From positions 1 to 64,000 of the forward strand of contig JAGIQG010000077.1 of NCBI GenBank assembly GCA_024679065.1: a stretch of 64,000 nucleotides of DNA, given 5' to 3'. The first letter of the stretch is position 1, and each line of letters opens with the position of its first letter. Source of the stretch: Sphyrna mokarran. Taxonomy: Eukaryota. Below the pieces are notes generated by a model, which was not told the origin of the DNA, did not search any database, and saw nothing but the letters and a program-made list of their open reading frames with translations. Made by a program: the position numbers and the translations under genes. Shown here piece by piece: positions 1 through 12,344 of this stretch.

Positions 1-1965
1 GCATCAGAATTAGGTCTCTCTGCCTTTGATTCTGCACCACCATTCCATTATAGCTGACATGTTTCTCACCCCCATTCTCCTGCCTTTTCCCCATAACCCC
101 GATCCCCTTATTAATCAAGAAACTACCTATCTTTGTTTTAAAGATACTCAATGACATGGTTTCTTCAGCGTTCTGCGGCAAAGAGTTCTACCGACTCTCC
201 ACCCTCTGCTGATTCCTCCTCATCTCTCTTTTAGAGGATCTCAATACACGAGACAATAATAAATCAAATCAAGTCATATAATTATTGAGTTTACAGTATG
301 GAAACAGGCCCTTTGGCCCAATTTCTCCATGCCATCTTTTTTTCTTAATCCCTAAGCTCGTCCCACTTGCCCGCATGTGGCCCATCTCCCTCTATACCCA
401 TCGTATGCATGTAACTACCTAAATGTTTTTTCAAGGATAAAATTGTACCCCCTCTAATACTACATCTGGCAGTTTGTTCCAGATACTTACCATCCTCTGT
501 TTGAAAAAAAATGCGCCCCCTGATATTTTTGTATCTCTGCCCTATCACATTAAAGTTATGCCATCAAGTTTTAGACGCCCCAATCGTTGGGAAAAAAAAG
601 TATTGACTAATTACCTTGTCTATGTCGGTTATTATTTAATAAACCTCTACAAAGTGAGCCCTCAGCCCCCCTACGCTCCAGTAAATAAAAATCAAGTTTA
701 TTCAGCCTCTCCTTATAAGTCAATTCATCAAGACCCAGTGGCATCCTAGTAAATCTTTTCTGCACTCTTTCTAGTTTTAGTCTATGTACTCTAAGAATGA
801 TATGCTTGTCTGTTGTAGCGTGTAAGAAACAACACTTTTCAATGTATCCCAAGCATGTGACAATAATAAATCAAATCAAATCTAAGTACTCGAAGGTCGG
901 TGGTGTTGTGGATGGTCTGGAGGGATGTCAAAAGTTGCAGCAGGACATCGACAGGATGCAAGACTGGGCGGAGAAGTGGCAGATGGACTTCAACGTGGAT
1001 AAATGTGTTGTGGTCCATTTTGGCAGATCCAACGGGATGAATGAGTACACTATCAAAGGTAGGAGTCTCAGCTGTGTGGAAGAGCAGAGTGATCTTGGGG
1101 TCCGGGTCCATAAGACTCTCAAATCGGCCTCCCAGGTGGAGGATGTGGTTAAGAAAGCTTACGGTGTACTGGCCTTCATTCATCGAGGGATTGAGTTCAG
1201 GAGTCAGGAGGTAATGCTGCAGCTTTATAGGACCCTTGTCAGACCACACTTGGAGTACTGTGCGCAGTTCTGGTCGCCTCACTATAGGAAGGACGTGGAA
1301 GCTATTGAAAGGGTGCAGAGGAGATTTACAAGGATGTTGCCTGGATTGGGAGGCATGCCTTATGAAGACAGGTTGAGGGAGCTGGAACTGTTCTCCCTGG
1401 AGAGACGAAGGTTGAGAGGCGACCTGATAGAGGTTTACAAGATGTTGAGAGGATTAGATAGGGTGGACTCTCAGAGACTATTTCCCAGGGCTGAAATGGT
1501 CGCGACGAGAGGGCACAGATTTAAGGTGCAGGGAAGCAAGTACAGAGGGGATGCTAGGGGCATGTTTTTCACTCAGAGGGTGGTGAGTGAATGGAATCGG
1601 CTGCCGTCGGTGGTGGTCGAGGCGAACTCGCTGGGGTCTTTTAAAAGACTTCTGGATGAGTATATGGGATCCAATGGGATTGGGGGTTATAGATAGGTCT
1701 ATGGCTGGGTAGGTTTTGATGTGTTCGGCACAACTTGTGGGCCGAAGGGCCTGTTTGTGCTGTAGTGTTCTATGTTCTATGTAATCTATGAACAGTATTC
1801 TTTATCTTTCAAATGCGCAAGAAACAGCACTTTCTACATTATCCCAAAACATGTGACAATAATAAATCAAATCAAGTCAAATCAAGTTGATGGAGACTGA
1901 TACTTAACTGTCATTCATGCCGTCATTGTTACTTTTTCAAATCTATTTAAATTGATGCCCTCCTC
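1..1965 (+). repeat. Segmental duplication, copy 1 (gene A intron); paralogous to 60453-62820
   Basis: Collinear order of old repeat fragments and unique sequence (e.g. catgccgtcattgttactttttc...atttaaattgatgccctcct in both copies). Confidence 0.9.
891..1782 (+). mobile_element. CR1 LINE, 5'-truncated ORF2 C-terminus (subfamily ending GIGGYR)
   Basis: [33 protein letters not shown]; TTCTATG tail. Confidence 0.95.
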
Positions 1966-2180
1966 AGCCCATCGATCCCACTTCCATACAATCATGGGTG
2001 ATTAATAATGATTTTTAGAATTACTGACATCATGTTGCAAACGTTAATGCACTTGTATTGAGAAGGCATCCTGGAACAAAGTGAGGTAAATTAATTCATC
2101 TCCCTTCTGGCAAAGATGTCAATTTCACCTCTTGTCTATGGTCAGTTTGTGAGGTGCCTGCAGTATATAACTGATCTCAC

Positions 2181-2201
2181 CTTCATTCCCAGATTCACTT
2201 C
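2181..2201 (-). CDS. Gene A probable stalk micro-exon (GSESGNE)
   Basis: ccttttcag|GAAGTGAATCTGGGAATGAAG|gtgaga: 21 nt, symmetric phase 1-1, open in frame after C1 and compatible with the phase-1 TM exon of paralog A'. Confidence 0.6.
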
Positions 2202-3139
2202 CTGAAAAGGATGGCGGGAGTGAATAATAAACTTTAAAAGAGAAATCACTTCTAAACATGAAGGAGAACACCTGAAGGAAGTTTGGGCTAAATGGACATC
2301 GCTGTTTTGAAGGGCGAGTCTCAGCATGAGCTGAATGAAATCTTTCTGCTTGCATTGCTCAAAGATTCTTACCTATATTTAGGAACATAAAGCGAAACGG
2401 GTAAGTGCGTATTAACACGAACCTACCCTGGACAGGTGCAACCCAATGCAGTCTGACATATTTTAACAATTGGGCGCATACAAACGCTAAGATATATATT
2501 GATACACAAACACTCGGACACTTAAACATAGAGAAACACAGACAAACAGACTCAGATATTTCTCTATATGCATACATTTGCAGACACATGTTTAGATATT
2601 TTCAATACATGCATATAGACAGACATGCTCAGATATATATCGATACACACAAATAGACACACCTGCACTTAGTTATCTATTTATGCTCACACCTTGACAT
2701 GCACTCGACGCAGATATTTACTTAGACAAGACATAGACACGCACATCAGATATTTATCTATAAGCACGTGCAAGCTCAAATATATATCTATACATACGTG
2801 CTTATTATAAACTCACACTCAGATATTTATCTATATACACATATTTAGATATATAACTACATGGACAGACGTTCAATTATACACACACGTTTTGTAGTCT
2901 GAGATCACCTACCAACAGACTCAAGAACAACTTCTTCCCTGCTGCCATTAGAGTTTTGAATAGACCTACCTTATAACAAGCTAATCTTTCTTTAAACGCT
3001 AGCTATGACTGTAACACTACATACTGCACCCCTTCCTTTCATTCTCCCCTACGGAGTCGATGAAGATCATCTTTTGTCTGTAGAGTACTCAAGAAACTGT
3101 ACTTTTCACTGTAATGTAATACGCGTTCAATAATAAATC

Positions 3140-3248
3140 AAATGAAATGAAACACACATACGCTCAGGGATATACTTGCGCGAACACAGATACACACAAG
3201 CACGCATACACACACACACACAAACACGCACACACACAGAAGCACACG
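3140..3248. repeat. (CA)n-rich simple repeat next to the gap at 3249-3403
   Basis: Read directly from the sequence. Confidence 0.9.
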
Positions 3249-3502
3249 NNNNNNNNNNNNNNNNNNNNNNNNNNNNNNNNNNNNNNNNNNNNNNNNNNNN
3301 NNNNNNNNNNNNNNNNNNNNNNNNNNNNNNNNNNNNNNNNNNNNNNNNNNNNNNNNNNNNNNNNNNNNNNNNNNNNNNNNNNNNNNNNNNNNNNNNNNNN
3401 NNNTCCAAACATACATATCCCCAGATGGCTGGGATCTACTGAATTAATCCGATTGTCTGTAAATGTGAATTGAATCCTTCGATGTACAGAGTAACATCTC
3501 AC

Positions 3503-3832
3503 CTTTCCGTTTTTCTGTTGTTTTGACCTTCCACACACTCTTGGTCCAGTATTTCCCTGGAGTCCCCAGTTGAACAATACAACTACAGACAGCGCCGCTT
3601 CTCCAAGTGGCCCCCGACACCATGACATGACTTCTGATGCTGTAGGCCCCGTCCTCCTCCATTGTCCGTGGATCACTCGATCCTTCTGTGACCAGACCAG
3701 AAATATTCCAGAAAATAGAAATCTGGTTAGAAGAAACTCCACTGACCAAACACACTAAGGGCACGGTATCATTCACATCCAGCTCAGCCGGCGGGACAAA
3801 TATCTGCACTGCCGTCTTGTTGGTAAAACTGC
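3503..3832 (-). CDS. Gene A exon 3: C1-set Ig domain
   Basis: Acceptor tctgtccag|, donor G|gtgag, phase 1-1. VQIFVPP...VPLVCLVSGV...IFWN...DGAYSIRSHVMVSGATWRSGAVCSCIV matches the C1 pattern (LVCLV, W, DGxYS, W-x-S-G). Confidence 0.93.
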
Positions 3833-3922
3833 CTGGACAGAAATCGGGATATAGTTAACGATTTATTAACACCAAATGGCATTGCTGTGCGCAATCTTAA
3901 TTCATTTCACTTGCTCTCTTAC

Positions 3923-4255
3923 CTCCAACCAGTAGTGTGGGTCCATTCTGGAGCGGTGCATAGCTATACTCATCAGCACAGTAGTAGGAACCCGAGTCAT
4001 TCGCCTGGACATTGCGAATTTCCAGTATCAATTCATGTTTGCCATTGCCTTTTTTAGAAACAAACTTACAATCGTCCCCCTGACAGGGTGGGATATCGAT
4101 TAGTTTCGGCACTTCACCAACATTTTGTTTGTACCAGAAATAGCTGGCCACGAATACCACCTGGGATGTCTGGTGACAGGTTAAATCCACCGTCTGGCCG
4201 ACTTCGGCTGTCACTGTGAAGGGCCTTTGAGATAGAGAGGACTCGGAATCTGTAA
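3923..4255 (-). CDS. Gene A exon 2: V-set domain with germline-fused J-like G strand
   Basis: Acceptor tctctag|, donor G|gtaag, phase 1-1. Translation VTDSESSLSQRPFTVTAEVGQTVDLTC...YFWYKQ...LILEIRNVQANDSGSYYCADEYSYAPLQNGPTLLVG has the B-strand Cys, WYxQ, DSGxYYC and a J-like GPTLLV. An alternative acceptor 6 nt downstream is possible. Confidence 0.93.
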
Positions 4256-4454
4256 CTAGAGAGATTATTCACACATTTTCACATATTTCAACATAGAAAG
4301 TTGCCGTTTCAAAAAAAAAATAAGAATAATCTCATTATTATCTTCAGTTATATTTCTGGAGATTATATCCCAAATTGTGTTTTCTACGCTTGAAAGGAGG
4401 AAGCTGAAAATCCCTTGTACCAATCACTAAGTCGTATTTGCAATGTTGTAGCCG

Positions 4455-4780
4455 GGCGGCATGTGTTTGGCACCATGGGCTCACAGAGCTGAGGACCCGG
4501 GTTCAATTCCTGGCTTGGGTCAGTGTCTGTGCACGTTCTCCCCGTGCCTGCATGGGCATTTCCTCCCACTCATCGGAAGATGTGCTGTTTCGGTGCATTG
4601 GCCGTGCTAAATTCTGCCTCTGTGTCCCCGCACTGGCGCAGGAGTGTGGCGACTGGGGTCTTTTCACGGTAACTTCATTGCAGTGTCGGTGCAAAAAGTA
4701 AAGATTACTCGTCACAGGTAAGGCTCACATTAACACTGGAATGTGAAATTCCCCTGGAAGCCGATTTGTGACACTAATGC
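4455..4780 (+). mobile_element. tRNA-derived SINE (HE1-like) in the gene A leader-V intron
   Basis: gggttcaattcc B-box and gcacgttctcccc...attggccgtgctaaatt core. Confidence 0.65.
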
Positions 4781-4836
4781 TTAAAAAATTAACTTGGCTG
4801 CTGCCATTTTCAATGTCTCACCTGGCAAATACTCAC

Positions 4837-4891
4837 CATGACCCCACAGCGCATGGAGAATGAATATCAGGGATAAAGATTGCTGGGGCAT
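4837..4891 (-). CDS. Gene A exon 1: signal-peptide exon (MPQQSLSLIFILHALWGH-) of a germline-joined VJ-C1 Ig-superfamily receptor
   Basis: ATG at 4891 in good context (AAGATGC), hydrophobic core, 55 nt ending in G|gtgagt (phase 1), in frame with the V exon. Confidence 0.85.
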
Positions 4892-5339
4892 CTTGCACAG
4901 ATGAGCAATATCTCCCTGTTTCCACACTCACACCAGTTTGTTTTTGCTGAGAGGTCCGAGGACTGACCTGGTCTCAGACCCAGTTAATTGTTGCACTTTA
5001 TGATTGGGTGGAAACTGTGACAAGAGACAATGGAAAGTGTGACATAGTACTGATGAAATTGCGCTGCTGAATGTCACGTGCATTTGTCGCACTGTGATCG
5101 CCGCCGACGTGTCACAGGGTCAAGTGATAGAATATTCACACAGAGCTTGACTGGTTTGACACACCGAGGGGACCACAAGATAATCATTGTGCGGATATGT
5201 GCAGAAAATGTGAGTTACAGTTTAATTTATTCTCAGGATATGCAATACGGCGGTTTCGTTGAGAAGGATGAGGGCGGTGATCTCACTGTAACTTAGAGAA
5301 CACTGAAAGGCCTTGTAGAGTGGGCATGGAGAAGATCTT

Positions 5340-5680
5340 CAGAATAGAATAGAATAGAATAATTACAGTGCAGAAGGAGGCCATTTTAGCACTTAGAGAT
5401 TCCACTGACAATGACCCCAGACAGGCGATATATCCGTAACGTATCTTACATTCTGAGCACCCCCCCCACACCCACCTCCCAACACTAAGGGATAATTTAG
5501 CATGGCCAATCCAACAAACCCATACATCTTTGGGTTGTGGGAGGAAGCTGGAGTGTCGACAGGAATCCCACGCCGACACTGGGAGATTGTGCAAACTCAA
5601 CACAGTCACGCAAGGCCAGAATTGAACCCGAGCCCCTAAGAGCTCTGAAATAGTAGTGCTAACCGCTTTGCCACCGTCCT
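5340..5680 (-). mobile_element. HE1-type tRNA-derived SINE
   Basis: A/B-box head at 5620-5675, shared core, CR1-like tail (ttcta)n. Confidence 0.75.
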
Positions 5681-8439
5681 TTAGTTGGAGAGACTCTGCA
5701 CAGACTCAGAGTAAAGGGTTGACCCTTTCGCACCGAGAAGAGAAGGGATTCCTTCAGCCAGAGAGACGTTAATATGTGGAATTCATTGCCACAAAAGGCT
5801 GTGAAGGCCAAGTCATTGAGCATAGTTAAAACAGAGATAGATAGGCTCCTGGTTGGCAAGTGGTTCAAAGGTTTCGAGGATAAGGCGGGAGAATGGGGTT
5901 GAGAAGCATATCAGCCATGATCGAATGCCGCAGCAGACTCGATGGGCAGAATGGCGTAATTATGGTCCTTTATCCTTATGGGCGCATTGCTCGGCGACAT
6001 GTATGATTGATTGGTGGCATTGAGTTGCCATTGTAGAATGTATTGTCTATATTATAGAAGTGTACAACACTTCGATGTTGTGCTGAGCATGACGGAAGTT
6101 AAACTTATCCCTTTTGCCTGACCTTGATCCATATCCCTCTGTATCTTGCATATTCATGTCCTTATCTAAAAGCCCCTGAAACGCCCCTCTCACGCCTGCC
6201 TCCAACACCACCTCAGACAGCGAGTTCCAGACTACTACCACTCTATGTAAACAATTTGCTCCTCACATTTCCTTTGAACTTTCCCCTCCGATTTAAGTAC
6301 ATGCCCCTTAGCAACGGGGAGGAATTTGAAATTTCACAGTAAGTTTTTTGCAGTGTTAATATGAGCCTTACTTCTGACTAATACATTGCATTTAAACTTG
6401 AAAAGGTTGACCCATATCCTCACCTTTGATCCCTGGTTCGTGACACAATCTGCTTGCACAGAAACGGGGAAAGATTTGGATGGACTGTGTGTGAATAAAT
6501 TTGAAACGCAGTGGAAGCTTTAGTGAGTTATTTCGATGCTCCCCTGATGTAGAGAACACACTGTCCGTTGATTGCCAGAATACTTCACTTGTGAATTAAT
6601 TTGCCTATCTTTGACTTATCTTCCAAATTGGGCGTTGAATAAACACACGGACATGATGTCACATTCACCAGGATAGTATACATAAGATCATTCACGCAAT
6701 AGGCTAGTTTTTGTTCATTGTATCAAAACTGGGAGCAGGCAGTCTGCTGTTTGCGGTTTCAAGTTGAGAGGTCCTCCCCAGGCAGTTCTGTGCGTGCAGT
6801 GCCTCAACTTTGAAAACAAGCAATTCACTGACAGCTTCTGGCTTGAAAACATTTCCATCAGTGATGTAAAGTGGATAGAATCTTGGCTCGCGACTTGCAC
6901 CCCTCGATACCGCAGAACATGCAAGCCGTCCTTGTGTGGGTAGAAGCTAGGAGCCGTGGACAGAGACAATGCGCCTCTTTGCTGTCACACCAATCCCTCT
7001 GTTATAGGGTCGACTGACTCGCTTCATTTTCATTCTAGGTCATGCACTTATGGAGGACAGTTCAGGCACTCAGCTACCAGTAGTCGGAAGCCAAACTACA
7101 AATTCATTCTACAAATCTTTTCATATTACAGGAGAAGCGATGGCTGAGTGGCATTATCGCTGGACTATTAATCCAAATACTCAACTGCTGTTCTGCCGAC
7201 CCTGGTTCTAATCCTGCCACAATAGCTGGAGGAATGTGAATTCAGTAGAAGATATGTGGAATTCAAAGTCTACTGATGACCACATAACTATTTTCTATGA
7301 TCTGGGAACCCCCCCCCCCCCCAAACTTCCTCAATACCCTTTAACGAAGGGAATCTGCTCCCCTTATCTATTCTGGCCTACACGTGACTCCGGATACACA
7401 GCAATGTTGTTGACTCTTAACTGCCCCCGGGCAACTAGGGATAGGCAAAAATTGCTGGACAGCCAGCGATGTCCAAGCGATGTGATCCTTTTGTGGCAAC
7501 GCGCGTTTGCCCTTATTGTCCTGACGATTATGTGATATTGTTTCCTGAGGGTTCTTAGAGAATTTACACGTTTCACCGAATTCACTGCAGAACTAGGTCA
7601 TGTTTCCAATGAGAGAATCCAATGAACATCTAATTTGCCCCATTAACAGTTCCAAATGTTTTGTCTGTTAGAATGATGCATAATGACCCTTTGCAATAAC
7701 TGCCACGTTGATCAGGATTCTACTCTTTATTCTCATTGGGATTTGAAGTCTTAAGACAGCTGATAAGACGAGGGCTGATGTTTAGCAGGCACATTTTAAA
7801 ATTAATGGTTTGTTTTAATTTGCATTGGCTTGAAACATCACTTGTAGTTCGTTGGTTTTCCCCTACCCCAACCGGAAATCTGAGTGAACAGCTCCCTCAA
7901 GGCAAAATGAGTGAATGATCCATTTAATAATATTGACCGGTAACTTCATCACTCTTTTGGTCGAGAACTTCACCTTTTTGGTTTCCAGATCATCAGTAAT
8001 CTGTCCTGGCCCCTTCATGCCGAAGATATGCTTAGGGAAACTCACCAATGCCTCTAGTTTCTCAGATGGCTAAGGAAATTCGACGTTTCTGCGGATAAAA
8101 CACATCCTTTCCGGATGTCACACAAGTTGGTACGGCTCCTGCTCTGACCAACACTGCAAAAACTACAAATGGTTGTGAATGAGTTCATCTGTATTTCACT
8201 GTTGTCAAATTATTTAATCAAATCTGATGAACTCATTTATCTGTCATATTGGCACTTCCTGGAATAGGCTGGGGTGCATTATCCACTGGACACTTCTAAT
8301 TGAAGTTTGTTACAAGAGATTCACGCTTGCATTTTTCACTGATGTGCTGGGTTTCCCGTCATTGAGCTTAGAAACATGATTGGAGCTTCCTAATCTGTTA
8401 AATGTCGCAGTTAATACCTCCATTTGCTACTGAATGGAG

Positions 8440-9580
8440 CATAGAACATAGACCATAGAACACTACAGCACAAACAGGCCCTTCGCCCCACAACTTGTGC
8501 CGAACACATCAAAACCTACCCAGCCATAGACCTATCTATAACCCCCAATCCCATTGGATCCCATATACTCATCCAGAAGTCTTTTAAAATACCCCAGCGA
8601 GTTCGCCTCGACCACCACCGACGGCAGCCGATTCCATTCACTCACCACCCTCTGAGTGAAAAACTTTCCCCTAGCATCCCCTCTGTACTTGCTTCCCTGC
8701 ACCTTAAATCTGTGCCCTCTCGTCGCGACCATTTCAGCCCTGGGAAATAGTCTCTGAGAGTCCACACTATCTATTCCTCTCAACATCTTGTAAACCTCTT
8801 TCAGGTCGCCTCTCAATCTTCGTCTCTCCAGGGAGAACAGTCCCAGCTCCCTCAACCTGTCTTCATAAGGCATGCCTCCCAACCCAGGCAACATCCTTGT
8901 AAATCTCCTCTGCACCCTTTCAATAGCTTCCACGTCCTTTCTATAGTGAGGCGACCAGAACTGCGCACAGTACTCCAAGTGTGGTCTGACAAGGGTCCTA
9001 TAAAGCTGCAGCATTACCTCCTGACTCCTGAACTCAATCCCTCGATGAATGAAGGCCAGTACACCGTAAGCTTTCTTAACCACATCCTCCACCTGGGAGG
9101 CCGATTTGAGAGTCTTATGGACCCGGACCCCAAGATCCCTCTGCTCTTCCACACAGCTAAGACTCCTACCTTTGATAGTGTACACATTCATCCCGTTGGA
9201 TCTGCCAAAATGGACCATAACACATTTATCCGCGTTGAAGTCCATCTGCCAATTCTTCGCCCAGTCTTGCATCCTGTCGATGTCCTGCTGCAACTTCTGA
9301 CATCCCTCCAGACCATCCACAACACCACCGACCTTCGTGTCATCGGCGAACTTACTACCCATCCCTCCACTTCCTCATCCAGGTCATTTATGAAAATGAC
9401 AAACAGCAAGGGTCCTAGAACAGATCCTTGGGGTACTCCACTGGTGACTGACCTCCATGCAGAAAAAGAACCATCCACAACCACCCTCTGCCTTCTGCAG
9501 GCAAGCCAGTTCCGGATCCACAAGGCCAAAGCCCCTTGGATCCCATGGCCTCTCACCTTCTCAAGAAGTCTTGCATGTGG
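8440..9580 (-). mobile_element. CR1 LINE, 5'-truncated, near-identical to 891-1782, one frameshift near 9360
   Basis: [18 protein letters not shown], same 3' UTR. Confidence 0.95.
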
Positions 9581-11924
9581 AGCAGGACAGCAGTTGACAG
9601 TGATTTGCTTTAGTTCTGTCTATCGCATGCTGCATTCGCCGTTTGTCACGCAAGTCTTCGTGTGCTGTACCTTAACGACGTTTCATTCTTTTTTAAGGTT
9701 CTGTCCCAGTCAGTACATTGTTCAAGTGAATTTCAAGATGGAGGAATATTGATGCATGAGCTGAGGCGGACAGTATGAGGCAAATAGCAGAACGTTTTCT
9801 TGTCCATGGATGTGCTGTTGGCAAGTAACGTGCTCCAGAGATGTTGGGAACTCAGTGCATAAATCTGCGATTCCATCCGTGTTCAGCCTTTGTAGTACTG
9901 TAGCGCCACCTCAGGGATGGTGTTGGTAATGTCTAAGATTTCCTCGACCGGATCTGATTTCCTGAGTTTGCTGATTTCCTGAGCATGCCGATTTACAGCT
10001 TTTTGTTTTCCTATTCGGGGGTAGGGGGTCGGCCGAGATGGCTGGGGGAGGGGTAGTAGGGAGGGGTCAGGAAAGGTATAGGTACAGAATGTATTTCCTC
10101 TAAACTTAGAAGAGAACACTCCCCCTCCCCCAGATGTTATTAAGGTGGACTTTGAAGTGTGAACTTTGCATTTTTTTCTGCTGTTGTTTTTGGTGTCTCT
10201 ATCAATATGGGGCGATTTTTCCTGATCTATTCTTATTGCACCATTTTTATATCATGAGGTGACAGAAAAACTATCTCAAAGTTCCGGAATCATAAGTGGC
10301 CAATGTCAGACTGGGCGCAGAGTGCCCATTTCATACCCTAAATGTTTCTTTATGGCGATCGATCACGGTTTCGGAGTCTGTATAACCGGGAGATAGTTTT
10401 GGACTGTAACTACAATTACTTCTGTTATCAATTGAAATTTAATTCCACATTTTCCGAATTCTATTGTATATCCCAAACGGATTTGTCTGGATATTTCGAA
10501 GGATGTGACCACCGGTGGACTGTGTCCCTGTTTTTCAATTCAAGTGGTGTATCTTCTTTTAAATGACATTTTGATTTACATATTAATGTCATGGTTTTTC
10601 ATGTGAAATATTTCATGACCAATATTCATCCCAGATTGCCTACAATCCACGTGCCAGTTTCATGTTCTATGCACAACAAATGAACTGATATGAGGCTGAT
10701 TTGACACCTACATATATACATCAGCGGGGGTGAATAAGGAGACACTTGAAACGTTTTTCTTCATTGAACAAAGACCGATATGAAGACAAGAAGGAGGCTA
10801 GAAGTTAAGTGGATTATCTAAGATTCCCAAACGGATCCACTGCAGTCACGGACAGGAACTAAACGGTCAATCTAAATATCAAAGAATCTCAACAAACAAC
10901 TAAACAATGTTAAGATAATGAGTTTTTATTAGTGCTATCGATAATAATAATTACAGAAAGACATGATTGATTTCAATTTTTTTGGTCCTTTCCACGGACG
11001 GGCGAGTTTGAGAATCCCTGGGTCTTTACATGAACACTGGATGGCTTGTGGTAATATTACGGGATTTATTTTATAGATTAATTTGCTATAGGATCTGCAC
11101 CCTAAAGTGCTTGTGTTTCCCTCGCGCCTGCTGTCCTTGCCCTTCGTGTTAATCAAAGGACAAGGGTAACAGAGGGATGAAAATTGCTTTCAATGGGGAA
11201 AATTGCTGCAGTGCATCTTGCCCGTGGTACTCACAGCTGTCACTGTGCATTGGTGGAAGAGGGAGTGAATGTGAATTGTGTGTGAAACAATCAAGTGGGG
11301 CTGCTTTACTCACCTGACCAATCCTTTACATTGCCCATGTCTTGTTGCATGCTGGGACGGAAGGTCTCAGTAACGGAGGAGTTTGGAACAGAACATAGTG
11401 TATCGATATTTAGCCTGTAGGTGACAATTCGAAGTGGAACAATCTTCGGTTGATCTGGACTCAAGAGTTAAAAGTACAGACAGAGAGATGGTTGCCTTTG
11501 GATTTGGGTTACGATTCAATAGCTCCAAATGGAATCCTGCCAAGGTCAGTTCAATCAAGTTGGACAGGTATTGGAGAAGGGCGGTATTGTCAACCCTGCT
11601 GCTGGCTACATGTGGAGAATGATGTGGAAGGAGAGATTATTGGAGTCACTATCCCAAATGACATGTGAGGCCTTGAAATGGACCGTGGCCTGTGAAGGCA
11701 ACTGATTGGAGGGAGGCAGAAATGGAATTATGGTGAAGCTGAGTGTGGAAATGAAATCTTACAGCATATTGGAGGACGTTGGCGAGGAAAGGGATGTTGG
11801 AAATGGGATGTGAACTGGAAAGGACAAAGGTTTTAAGAGTCTAATTCTGGATTGAGGTGAGAACAGCGTCTTTGCAGTGAGGGTTAATTACCAAGGAGAC
11901 GGATCTACTTACAATATAGGCTCA

Positions 11925-12260
11925 GTAAGAAGTCTCACAACACCAGATTAAAGTCAAACAAGTTTATTTGGTAGCACAAGCTACGAGCTTCAGGAGCACT
12001 GCCCCTTCATCAGGTAAATGGGAGTTCCGTTCACAATCAGGGCTTATAAAGACACAAACTCAATTTACAAAGTAATGGTTGGATTGCGAGACTTTATTTA
12101 TAATCAAGTATCGAAGGCGCAGGCAATGTGAGTGGAGAGAGGTTTAAGCGCAGGTTAAAAAGGTGTATATTGTCTCCAGCCAGGACAGTTGGTGAGATTT
12201 TGCAAGCCCAGGCAATTCGTAGGGAGTTACAGATGGTGCATACTCAATCTCACATGAAAC
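11925..12260 (-). mobile_element. Penelope-like element fragment with a degenerate minimal hammerhead core
   Basis: Minus strand CTGATGA-aggggcagtgctcc-TGAA-gctc at 11984-12013; homologous to 48280-48585. Confidence 0.55.
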
Positions 12261-12344
12261 TCTTCCCACTAACAGATCCACTGGAACAAAACTTGTTGTT
12301 GTGCCTGTTGTTCTCCCGCAATCGAGCATAAAACGTGCCAGTCC

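Noticed and set aside
839-1282. Antisense ORFs over CR1 copies (also 8946-9752, 25922-26693, 36390-36644)
   Set aside because: Shadow frames of CR1 ORF2 that recur with every copy.
3977-4218. RSS-like heptamers inside V exons (cactgtg at 4212; TACTGTG at the YYC codons, also near 28671)
   Set aside because: No nonamer at 12/23 spacing; explained by codon usage (Thr-Val, Tyr-Cys).
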